From: a virus
Reading direction: 5' to 3' (one strand)
Length of the DNA stretch: 38,111 bases
Virus record (IMG/VR): IMGVR_UViG_3300045988_094968
Location: 1 to 38,111 of that record
This document shows, in pieces, positions 17,474 to 23,923 of this stretch. The notes under the pieces are model-generated. The model was not told the origin of the DNA, made no database searches, and saw only the letters and a program-made list of their open reading frames with translations. How positions within the stretch are numbered: the first letter of the stretch is position 1; the number at the start of each line of letters is the position of its first letter. The position numbers and the translations under genes were made by a program.

Positions 17474-18908
17474 ACATTTTATAAAGAATTTCGATTATTC
17501 CTTTTGGTTTAATATAAGTGATTCTGTCAACCAATCCTCTGAGGGTGTAGTTCTTCAGGGCTTCGCTTGTCTCGTCACTTTCAAGAATTTTCAGCGATGC
17601 CATTATTTTCCTTGAAATAATTTCCTTTATATCTTTGTCAGACTTGGGAAGAACCTTGGAGGCTTTGGCTTCGAGTTCAGCTATATGGTCTTGAATTTTC
17701 TGCTTAGCAGTCTTATATTCGGCAAGTGTATCAACTCCTGCTTCGTAAGCCTCTCGCACTCGCGCGAGCTTTTTCTTTTCACGCGCGATCAGGCTTGAAA
17801 AGTCGGGAGCGGATGAGCTTGAAGCTCCTGTTGGCTCGACAGCTACTTCAAAATTCTGAGATTTGGCATCGGATCTAAGTTTTTCCAGAACTGCTGCATT
17901 TATTTTTTTAACTGTGATACTATGTGATGTTTTGCATACACCTCTTGCATAGTTGTGGCATTGCAAGGATTTAGCCGCAGACTGATTGACGAGAGTAGCT
18001 CCACACGCGCTGCAACGTACTATGCCTTTCAGCATAAACTCGGACGGGGTTTGTCTTGCGTGCTTAGGATATCGCTGTTTCAACTCAGAACGTTTTCTTT
18101 GGGCTTGTTCAAATGTTTCCGTGTCAATTATAGGCACATGATTTCCGTTGACTATAAGAGTGTTTTCAGCATCTTGGTGATAATGGTCGCTGATGTTTTT
18201 TTCTTTACTACGGCGGAGTTTTCCTATGTAGACAGGATTTGTAATAATGTATTCGATTGCGCGGTTTTCAAAAAAATTGCCTTTTGCAGTTCTCAGCCCC
18301 AAATCATTAAGTTCCCGTGCAATTTCCCGTGTGCCTTTACCTGCAATAAAATCAGCAAAAATTTTTTGAACTATGGGCGCTGTTTCAGGGTCGGGAGCAA
18401 AAATTCCATCTTTCATCATATAACCGTAGGGCGGCTGAGAAACAACACCGCCGCGGGAGAATTTTTCAGTCATGCCGCGCTTGACTTCTTCTGCAAGATT
18501 CAGGCTGTAATATTCGTCCATAGCTTCGATAAGAGCCTCGATGAGAATGGACGTGTTATCATCTCCGAGCTGTTCCGAGATAGATACAACATCTATGCCG
18601 CATTGCTTGCGGAGCATGGACTTATAAACAATACTGTCCTGCCGATTTCGGGCAAAGCGTGAAAATTTCCACAACAGTATCACGTCAAATGGTTTGGGCT
18701 TGATCTTGGCTGTACCGATCATGCGCTGGAATGACGGACGTTTATCTGCTTTTCTGCCGCTGATTCCCTCATCGACAAAAATAAATTCTTCCGGCAGTAT
18801 CATGTCATGGTCCTTGGCATACTTACGGATAGCTTTTATCTGAGAATCGGGGGAGTACTCGATCTGATCATCGGTTGATACTCTTATATATGCCGCTGCG
18901 GTTTGCAT
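17472..18908 (-). CDS. int: Large serine recombinase (integrase)
   Basis: 478 aa. It has the N-terminal resolvase motif 'AAYIRVSTDDQ...SPDSQ', a recombinase domain, a zinc ribbon 'CSACGATL...CHNYARGVC', and a C-terminal coiled coil. Confidence 0.92.
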   Translation of the reverse strand: MQTAAAYIRVSTDDQIEYSPDSQIKAIRKYAKDHDMILPEEFIFVDEGISGRKADKRPSFQRMIGTAKIKPKPFDVILLWKFSRFARNRQDSIVYKSMLRKQCGIDVVSISEQLGDDNTSILIEALIEAMDEYYSLNLAEEVKRGMTEKFSRGGVVSQPPYGYMMKDGIFAPDPETAPIVQKIFADFIAGKGTREIARELNDLGLRTAKGNFFENRAIEYIITNPVYIGKLRRSKEKNISDHYHQDAENTLIVNGNHVPIIDTETFEQAQRKRSELKQRYPKHARQTPSEFMLKGIVRCSACGATLVNQSAAKSLQCHNYARGVCKTSHSITVKKINAAVLEKLRSDAKSQNFEVAVEPTGASSSSAPDFSSLIAREKKKLARVREAYEAGVDTLAEYKTAKQKIQDHIAELEAKASKVLPKSDKDIKEIISRKIMASLKILESDETSEALKNYTLRGLVDRITYIKPKGIIEILYKM

Positions 18909-18923
18909 GGTTATACCCCCTTT

Positions 18924-19325
18924 TTAATAATTATCGCTGCTCAACACATCGAAATGCCGTCTGTAGCGCTTCGGGATATTGATGCCTACAATATATCCTA
19001 TCGAGTGCAGAAAATCGGAAATAACGGCAAATCCGTCCTTGTAAAAGGCTTCTATGCGCTTATCCTTGAAAGGAATGTTCTTATAATCGGGCGGGCATAC
19101 AAACGTCCAGTCCGCTCCGCTCTTGTCAAGGACGATACGGAAGAACTTATCAATATCAGTATCTTTGTATCCTGCTTTCATGAGGAGAATATGGTGCTCC
19201 ACGGCCTCGTCTATTTGGCTCATAATCGCTGTTTTGCCGTCAAATGATATAAGTACGAGCAGCGGCTCATCAGCTCTCACAGCCGCATTTACGCTCTCCT
19301 CTGAGGGGTATCTGATTATATCCAT
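18924..19325 (-). CDS. Hypothetical protein (133 aa), probably co-transcribed with the integrase
   Basis: RBS GAAAGGAG lies 7-8 nt before the ATG. The gene ends 15 nt upstream of the int start. No motif was recognised. Confidence 0.6.
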   Translation of the reverse strand: MDIIRYPSEESVNAAVRADEPLLVLISFDGKTAIMSQIDEAVEHHILLMKAGYKDTDIDKFFRIVLDKSGADWTFVCPPDYKNIPFKDKRIEAFYKDGFAVISDFLHSIGYIVGINIPKRYRRHFDVLSSDNY

Positions 19326-19367
19326 TCATTTGCTCCTTTCTGATTGTTTGTTTCGATTATTTCATTT

Positions 19368-19473
19368 ATTTCAACTCACACGCCTCATGCGAGGCGTGAC
19401 CCTGACAGCTATGCAAATAATCAACATATGTCAAAATCATTTCAACTCACACGCGCCTCGTGGGAGGTGGGAC
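19368..19473 (-). CRISPR. Two CRISPR-repeat-like units (type I-C-like) flanking a 38-nt spacer-like segment; no cas genes in the genome
   Basis: Minus-strand reading: GTCACGCCTCGCATGAGGCGTGTGAGTTGAAAT (19400..19368; perfect 8-bp stem, 4-nt loop) and GTCCCACCTCCCACGAGGCGCGTGTGAGTTGAAAT (19473..19439; degenerate). Both share the 15-nt tail CGTGTGAGTTGAAAT. The layout GTC, stem-loop, then G(T)GA(G/T)TTGAAAT matches recalled I-C repeats (e.g. GTCTCACCCTTCATGGGTGAGTGGATTGAAAT). Confidence 0.55.
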
Positions 19474-19548
19474 ATTGTCAGCCTATGATGCGTGGATTAA
19501 ATACGCACTTTATTTGTTTTCGCGATTTTCAGAGAAAATTCTAAATTA

Positions 19549-20586
19549 TCAACAGGATATTGTATCTTCGCTTTCGCCGTTGACAATTTCTAACAGTTCA
19601 TTTACCGATATTTCTTTTTTAGTCGCTATAATGTAAATGAACAACTTACCCGCTGCGAAACTATCATAAACAGCATTATGGGCATCAGATATAAAAACTT
19701 GTGCAGATTCACATATGTCCGCCAATTTATAACTGCTTTTGCCCTTCAAAAATTTTCGTGACAGTTGAAGCGTATCATAAATGGCTTTGTCTTTAATTGA
19801 ATCCAAACCGTTTACATATAGATGTTTTACATCAAACGGAGCATTATGGGCAACAAGCGGGAGGTCTTCTATGAAGTCATTAAAGCTATCTATAACTTGG
19901 TAAAACTTCGGGGCATTTTCCACCATTTCATCTGTTATCCCGTTAATATCGGTTATTTCTTCTGGGATAGGTTTTCTCGGTTTAATATAAGTGTTGAATT
20001 TTTCTACAGGCAGGAAATTTTTAAATTTAATTGCAGAAAGCTGAATAACATCATTGCCGCCTGTTTTTAACCCTGTTGTCTCAGTATCAAATGCAATAAA
20101 ATCTTTAATGGATTTGAGCGAAGTAGATTTAATTATACTTTTATACTCTTTATCTTCAATATCCAACTGCTTGTTGCGATTTTTCCTTTCACCGCTCAGG
20201 GTAATTTTATATTCAGGAATAGAATCAACAGTTTCTTTAAACTTAATGCGATCTTCGGCTATAGATTCTTCGCGTTGCCGTTTAAGACGTTCGTACCGTT
20301 CTTCTCTCTCTTGTTTTTCCAATTGCTCTTGCAATATCCTTTTCCTGCGTGCCTCGTTTATTTCACCTTGCTTTTTTAGGTATTCTGCTCTCTCTTCGGC
20401 TTCACGTCTTTCACGTTCGACCTTTCTTTTATACTCTTTGAACTCAATTTCTTCTTGCTTTTTAGACTTTTTGGGAGTTCTTTTAAATAATGTAATGTCA
20501 TTTAGTGTGATATTCTTATGATTTGTTAGTTCGGCAATCAGTGCTATGATGAATGTAATAATAATTATGTATACATAAATCCTCAT
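19549..20586 (-). CDS. Membrane-anchored coiled-coil protein with a C-terminal DEDDh (DnaQ-like) 3'-5' exonuclease domain
   Basis: Start ATG 20586 lies 6 nt after GGAGGA; the track start at 20676 overlaps the repressor gene. The TM segment is 'IYVYIIIITFIIALIAEL', followed by about 100 aa of E/R/K-rich coil. The exonuclease motifs are ExoI 'FDTETTGL', ExoII 'VAHNAPFDVKHL' and ExoIII 'HNAVYDSFA'. Confidence 0.8.
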   Translation of the reverse strand: MRIYVYIIIITFIIALIAELTNHKNITLNDITLFKRTPKKSKKQEEIEFKEYKRKVERERREAEERAEYLKKQGEINEARRKRILQEQLEKQEREERYERLKRQREESIAEDRIKFKETVDSIPEYKITLSGERKNRNKQLDIEDKEYKSIIKSTSLKSIKDFIAFDTETTGLKTGGNDVIQLSAIKFKNFLPVEKFNTYIKPRKPIPEEITDINGITDEMVENAPKFYQVIDSFNDFIEDLPLVAHNAPFDVKHLYVNGLDSIKDKAIYDTLQLSRKFLKGKSSYKLADICESAQVFISDAHNAVYDSFAAGKLFIYIIATKKEISVNELLEIVNGESEDTISC

Positions 20587-20633
20587 AATAAATCCTCCAA
20601 TATCCCTATTCATTGTTGTAGTGAGTACTGACG

Positions 20634-21371
20634 TTACTGCGGCAGTTCTGCCGTGCCTATTACGCGACCGACACAAATGATTTCTCCGTCCTCGGGGTAT
20701 ATATCAGGGTATTCATCGTTGTGTGAAATCAAACGATCATTGCCTTTTTCTTTTATATATCCCTTATTGTTTTGGATAAACAATCCAATTTTTCCAACAG
20801 GGACATCTGTATCAGATACCACATATACAATATCGCCGTTCTGGTATGTTGGTTCCATACTGCGACCGTCAATCTCGACGGCGAAATCCGCCTTTTGTGC
20901 TTCGGGCGTGTCAACGACCTCTAAATCTTCCCAATTATCGGCGTCCTCTAAGTCGTATCCGCAACCTGCCGATACCTTGTGTACGCTGAAACGCTTGAAA
21001 ACAATGATTTTCGGCTCACCTGCCATACCTCGCTTGGCAGCTTCGCCCAACTGTATCATTGTGTCCATAATGATCTGTCGTATATTTTCGGGCAGCTTGC
21101 AGTACAGATCTAAGGCTTCTTTCTCGCCGATAGCCAGATTCAACATGGCTATCGGATTTTTTTCGGATTCACGTCCGAGCAGATAGTCAACAGTTACGTT
21201 AAAATGATTTGCAAGTACTATTAAACCGTCTGCATTAGGTTCAGATGTACCATTTTCATATCGCTGATACGCCTGCTGTGTTACTCCGACTATTTTGGCG
21301 ATTTCAGATTGGCGTTCATTTTTGGATTCGCGTAACTTTTTTAATATAGCGCCACGTTCTGATCTATCCAT
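20634..21371 (-). CDS. CI/LexA-like repressor (XRE HTH plus S24 peptidase)
   Basis: ATG 21371 lies 8 nt after AAAGGAG. The HTH is 'QSEIAKIVGVTQQAYQRYENG'. A possible Ala-Gly cleavage site is 'VSAGCGY'. The catalytic 'DGRSMEP' serine and a downstream lysine are present. Confidence 0.9.
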   Translation of the reverse strand: MDRSERGAILKKLRESKNERQSEIAKIVGVTQQAYQRYENGTSEPNADGLIVLANHFNVTVDYLLGRESEKNPIAMLNLAIGEKEALDLYCKLPENIRQIIMDTMIQLGEAAKRGMAGEPKIIVFKRFSVHKVSAGCGYDLEDADNWEDLEVVDTPEAQKADFAVEIDGRSMEPTYQNGDIVYVVSDTDVPVGKIGLFIQNNKGYIKEKGNDRLISHNDEYPDIYPEDGEIICVGRVIGTAELPQ

Positions 21372-21393
21372 AAAATCATCTCCTTTCAATAAG

Positions 21394-21423
21394 ATTATAC
21401 AACAAAACTGTGTACAAAGTCAA
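21394..21423 (-). promoter_or_regulatory. Repressor promoter (TTGACT-N18-TATAAT) with embedded palindrome
   Basis: Minus strand reads TTGACTTTGTACACAGTTTTGTTGTATAAT. The spacer contains ACTTTGTACACAGT (12/14 symmetric). Confidence 0.6.
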
Positions 21424-21525
21424 GAGTTAGAGTGTAATACGATTCAAATTACATCAAATATTTGTAATATAGTACTAAAGAAACACAGTATTTTTGTAAA
21501 TTACAACAAAAATGTGTTTTGTTCA

Positions 21526-21554
21526 TTGACTTTTACACAGAAATGTTGTATACT
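21526..21554 (+). promoter_or_regulatory. Divergent rightward promoter (TTGACT-N17-TATACT)
   Basis: Plus strand reads TTGACTTTTACACAGAAATGTTGTATACT. It is nearly the inverted copy of the repressor promoter. Confidence 0.6.
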
Positions 21555-21581
21555 ATGATTACGGAAGGAGGGAAGAGGCGA

Positions 21582-21616
21582 GAAAAAAGCCGCCCGTACT
21601 GGTAATACGGACGGCT
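21582..21616 (-). terminator. Minus-strand hairpin plus T6
   Basis: AGCCGCCCGTA / TACGGACGGCT (11 bp, 1 mismatch). The A6 on the plus strand gives a T6 tail on the minus strand. Confidence 0.45.
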
Positions 21617-21713
21617 GGTGAGAATTAGCAGTTTACTGCTCTCTCGGATTCTTTAATCTTGATGTTGCTTATGTAGTATACGAATAGGGTACAAGAAAAA
21701 GGAGGTGAGGAAA

Positions 21714-21878
21714 ATGAGACTAAAGCTTGAAGGTGCTGATGAGGTTCTTGCAAAAATTGCAAGAGCCAAAGAAATCACAAGAGAACTCAATGACATAGCG
21801 TATTCGCTTATGCCGCTCTTGCAGATCGAGTATGTTCCTAAAGAGGAAAGCGAGGAAAACAAGGAAAAGACCGAATAA
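21714..21878 (+). CDS. Small protein (54 aa), not in the ORF track
   Basis: AAAAAGGAGGTGAGG lies 4 nt before ATG 21714. The product is MRLKLEGADEVLAKIARAKEITRELNDIAYSLMPLLQIEYVPKEESEENKEKTE. The track only lists the antisense 21653..21916 ORF. Confidence 0.55.
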   Translation: MRLKLEGADEVLAKIARAKEITRELNDIAYSLMPLLQIEYVPKEESEENKEKTE

Positions 21879-21911
21879 AAAAGTAACCGTCCGTATTTGC
21901 GGTACGGACGG
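21877..21911 (-). terminator. Minus-strand terminator of the 64-aa gene
   Basis: CCGTCCGTA-(7 nt)-TACGGACGG, perfect 9 bp. The minus-strand tail is TTACTTTTTT. Confidence 0.5.
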
Positions 21912-21923
21912 CTCACTCGTAGG

Positions 21924-22118
21924 TTATTCAGACTGCTTTAAGTACTTTACAATTTCGGTTTTGTAAGAGTTGAGAGCATAGAATACCTGCTTTGCCAGAA
22001 TAGCGATATCTTCTTCTGCAACAGGCTTTTTTGAGCCTTCGGGATATTCTGGGCGAATCTGAGCAGAAAAATCGTCAGCTATTTCGGTAAGCTTTTTTTC
22101 GAGGTCGGAAACAGTCAT
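21924..22118 (-). CDS. Small protein (64 aa)
   Basis: ATG 22118 lies 6 nt after GAGGAGGTG. The product begins MTVSDLEKKLTEIADDF. The gene has its own promoter and terminator. Confidence 0.55.
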   Translation of the reverse strand: MTVSDLEKKLTEIADDFSAQIRPEYPEGSKKPVAEEDIAILAKQVFYALNSYKTEIVKYLKQSE

Positions 22119-22130
22119 ATTAATCACCTC

Positions 22131-22172
22131 CTCTCTGCTCAAATTATAGCAGAGAGGAAAGGAAAAAGTCAA
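22131..22172 (-). promoter_or_regulatory. Promoter TTGACT-N18-(TGc)TATAAT with an 8-bp inverted repeat bracketing the -10
   Basis: The -35 lies at 22167-22172 and the -10 at 22143-22148. The repeat arms CTCTCTGC (22131-22138) / GCAGAGAG (22149-22156) flank the -10. Confidence 0.55.
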
Positions 22173-22263
22173 GAAAGGTCGTGATTGCCGCTGATGCAGG
22201 AATCAGTCTGCAAGCTGTTACAGTTTCTTCATTGGCGGCAGTTAAACCATAGCAGGAGGAAAA

Positions 22264-22476
22264 ATGAAAGACAAAATCAAAATACTTTGCACACTTCTGA
22301 CCACAGTCGTGTTCATATCGATGTTTGTTGCCGAAGCAGTGTTTTTAATCATCGGCAACACAGAGGCGTTTCAGACTGTGGTACTCGGCTACATTGCGCT
22401 TAGAGATCTGCTGTTTTTAGGACTAATGACGCGCGACGCTGTGATTGAAGTAAAAAAAGAAAAGAGTACAGATTGA
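22264..22476 (+). CDS. Small membrane protein (70 aa, 2 TM)
   Basis: RBS AGGAGGA lies 5 nt before the ATG. The hydrophobic segments are 'ILCTLLTTVVFISMFVAEAVFLII' and 'VVLGYIALRDLLFLGLM'. Confidence 0.6.
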   Translation: MKDKIKILCTLLTTVVFISMFVAEAVFLIIGNTEAFQTVVLGYIALRDLLFLGLMTRDAVIEVKKEKSTD

Positions 22477-22502
22477 CTGCACTCTTTCTTTCCAAGGTTG
22501 CT

Positions 22503-22823
22503 TTAATGTTTGCTAAAGAAAGCAATTAAATCTAAAATTTGAGGTTTGATAAGCTTAAAAATATCAATTGAATTTTTGGCAATTGTCAAAAGTTGAGATA
22601 TCACCTGCAAAGCCTCCTTGAATTTATAACTTTTTTTAGGTTTAATATTGGCTTGATGTACATCATCGCAAAGTTTTGTAAGCTTATCATAAACAGAAAT
22701 CGGAATTATTCTATTATCGTTGCGGAATTGTTCCAGCAATTCATTTACTTGCAAACTTAAATCATCGATAGTTAAGTTTTCAAGTTCAGCGATAGTGAAA
22801 TTTTCCATTTCTTCAATCGTCAT
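22503..22823 (-). CDS. Hypothetical helical protein (106 aa)
   Basis: ATG 22823 follows GAAAGGGGGTG. AT-rich. It has its own consensus promoter. Confidence 0.55.
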   Translation of the reverse strand: MTIEEMENFTIAELENLTIDDLSLQVNELLEQFRNDNRIIPISVYDKLTKLCDDVHQANIKPKKSYKFKEALQVISQLLTIAKNSIDIFKLIKPQILDLIAFFSKH

Positions 22824-22848
22824 TATAATCACCCCCTTTCCTGATTCT

Positions 22849-22877
22849 ATTATATCAATGGCAGAGGGTGAAATCAA
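22849..22877 (-). promoter_or_regulatory. Near-consensus extended promoter TTGATT-N17-(TGa)TATAAT
   Basis: Minus strand reads TTGATTTCACCCTCTGCCATTGATATAAT. Confidence 0.6.
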
Positions 22878-22934
22878 GGAGGTAAACAATGAACGACTTA
22901 ATCAAAGTCAACGGCGTAGAAAGGAGATGATTTC

Positions 22935-23093
22935 ATGCCCGAATCAAGAGCAAGCACAGCTCCCGAAAACTTTCAGCGAAGTTACGCTGAGCTCTCTGAA
23001 TCGAACAAGGCACTTATAAGTGCGATGCTAAATATGAGTTTCGCATTGCTTCAAAGCGTCCAGCAGGTTCAAAATTCACAGGACAAACATTAA
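22935..23093 (+). CDS. Small protein (52 aa), not in the ORF track
   Basis: AAAGGAG lies 8 nt before ATG 22935. The product begins MPESRASTAPENFQRSYAELSESNKALISAMLNMSFALLQ. A 13-codon mini-ORF precedes it (22889-22930; GGAGGT RBS). Confidence 0.4.
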   Translation: MPESRASTAPENFQRSYAELSESNKALISAMLNMSFALLQSVQQVQNSQDKH

Positions 23094-23130
23094 ATAAGCC
23101 GTGTCGAATAATATATAATGAGGTGATATT

Positions 23131-23346
23131 ATGGCAAAAGAGTTAAAGGTTGTAAGCTATGTAAAGGGCAAGGACGGCGAGCGTATACCGCTTGACAGTT
23201 TAAGCGACGAGCAGCGTTCGGAATACGCGGCAAAGATCAGAGAGTCGGTAGCTAATTCCATTAGCCAGTATCTTTCAGAACATCCGGAAGAAATACCGAG
23301 TTTCATACGAGCTGCTGAGAGCAGCAGAGAGGAGATTCAGGAATGA
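23131..23346 (+). CDS. Hypothetical early protein (71 aa)
   Basis: RBS GAGGTGA. Stop/start overlap with the next ORF. Confidence 0.55.
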   Translation: MAKELKVVSYVKGKDGERIPLDSLSDEQRSEYAAKIRESVANSISQYLSEHPEEIPSFIRAAESSREEIQE

Positions 23347-23555
23347 ACACATTAACCACAATAGCGATCGTAGCCGCCGCCGCTCTGATAGCCTACGCGG
23401 CGCAGGAGACGTGCGAGCTGGTACATAAGTACAACGTATGGGCGACCGAGAAAAGCCGCTCAGAACACCGTGCAAGAGCCTACAAAGAGGTCAGGGAGCG
23501 CAGAGCAATCGAAAAGAACCGCGAGGAAATCTATAGAGTGTGGGGGCAGATATGA
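23343..23555 (+). CDS. Hypothetical protein with an N-terminal TM segment (70 aa)
   Basis: ATGA overlap with the upstream gene. The hydrophobic stretch is 'LTTIAIVAAAALIAYAA'. Confidence 0.55.
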   Translation: MNTLTTIAIVAAAALIAYAAQETCELVHKYNVWATEKSRSEHRARAYKEVRERRAIEKNREEIYRVWGQI

Positions 23556-23713
23556 AACCGACACTCTACGAAATGGCTGCGGCTGTGGCTATCAAGATAC
23601 AGCAGATAGATTGCAGGCTTGAAATTACGCCGGAGCAGGTTCTAAGGAGAGGTACGCCTGACTTTGTGCGGTTTATGTATGGGAAGATTTGCAAATGCGC
23701 AGAGAGGAGGTGA
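23552..23713 (+). CDS. Small protein (53 aa), not in the ORF track
   Basis: ATGA overlap with the upstream stop. The product begins MKPTLYEMAAAVAIKIQQIDCRLEITPEQVLRRGTPDF. Confidence 0.4.
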   Translation: MKPTLYEMAAAVAIKIQQIDCRLEITPEQVLRRGTPDFVRFMYGKICKCAERR

Positions 23714-23717
23714 TTCC

Positions 23718-23834
23718 ATGAGATACTGCAAATCATGCCGGAAGCTGATAATTGGCGAATGCCGCAGGGGCATCGGTTTTGCCTATCATATTTCTTGCTA
23801 CATAAAGATTTTTGGCAAGGACTGGTTCACATAA
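23718..23834 (+). CDS. Cys-rich mini-protein (38 aa), not in the ORF track
   Basis: GAGAGGAGGTGA lies 5 nt before the ATG. The product is MRYCKSCRKLIIGECRRGIGFAYHISCYIKIFGKDWFT. Confidence 0.3.
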   Translation: MRYCKSCRKLIIGECRRGIGFAYHISCYIKIFGKDWFT

Positions 23835-23923
23835 GACAAAAAAATAGCTGTACAAGCGTACAGCACAACAAACAAACAATATAAACCCACTGCTATTATA
23901 GCAGAACTGAAAGGAAAAGTCAA

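Noticed and set aside
17415-17615. 66-aa plus-strand ORF at the attP/int boundary
   Set aside because: It overlaps the integrase 3' end on the opposite strand and has no RBS. It also runs through the inverted-repeat element.
18903-19544. Plus-strand ORFs 18903-19247, 19123-19488 and 19344-19544
   Set aside because: The first two are antisense to the well-initiated 133-aa gene. The last two read straight through the CRISPR-like repeats and lack RBSs.
20587-20676. 30-codon N-terminal extension of the exonuclease ORF
   Set aside because: It overlaps the repressor 3' end. GGAGGA lies 6 nt upstream of the internal ATG at 20586, which begins the TM helix.
21653-21916. 87-aa minus-strand ORF
   Set aside because: It starts inside a terminator hairpin, has no RBS, and gives a Ser/Leu-rich translation. 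The opposite strand carries a 54-aa ORF with an excellent RBS.
22720-23019. 99-aa plus-strand ORF
   Set aside because: Its 5' part is antisense to the 106-aa gene and crosses that gene's promoter. The RBS-supported frames here are the 13-codon and 52-aa ORFs.
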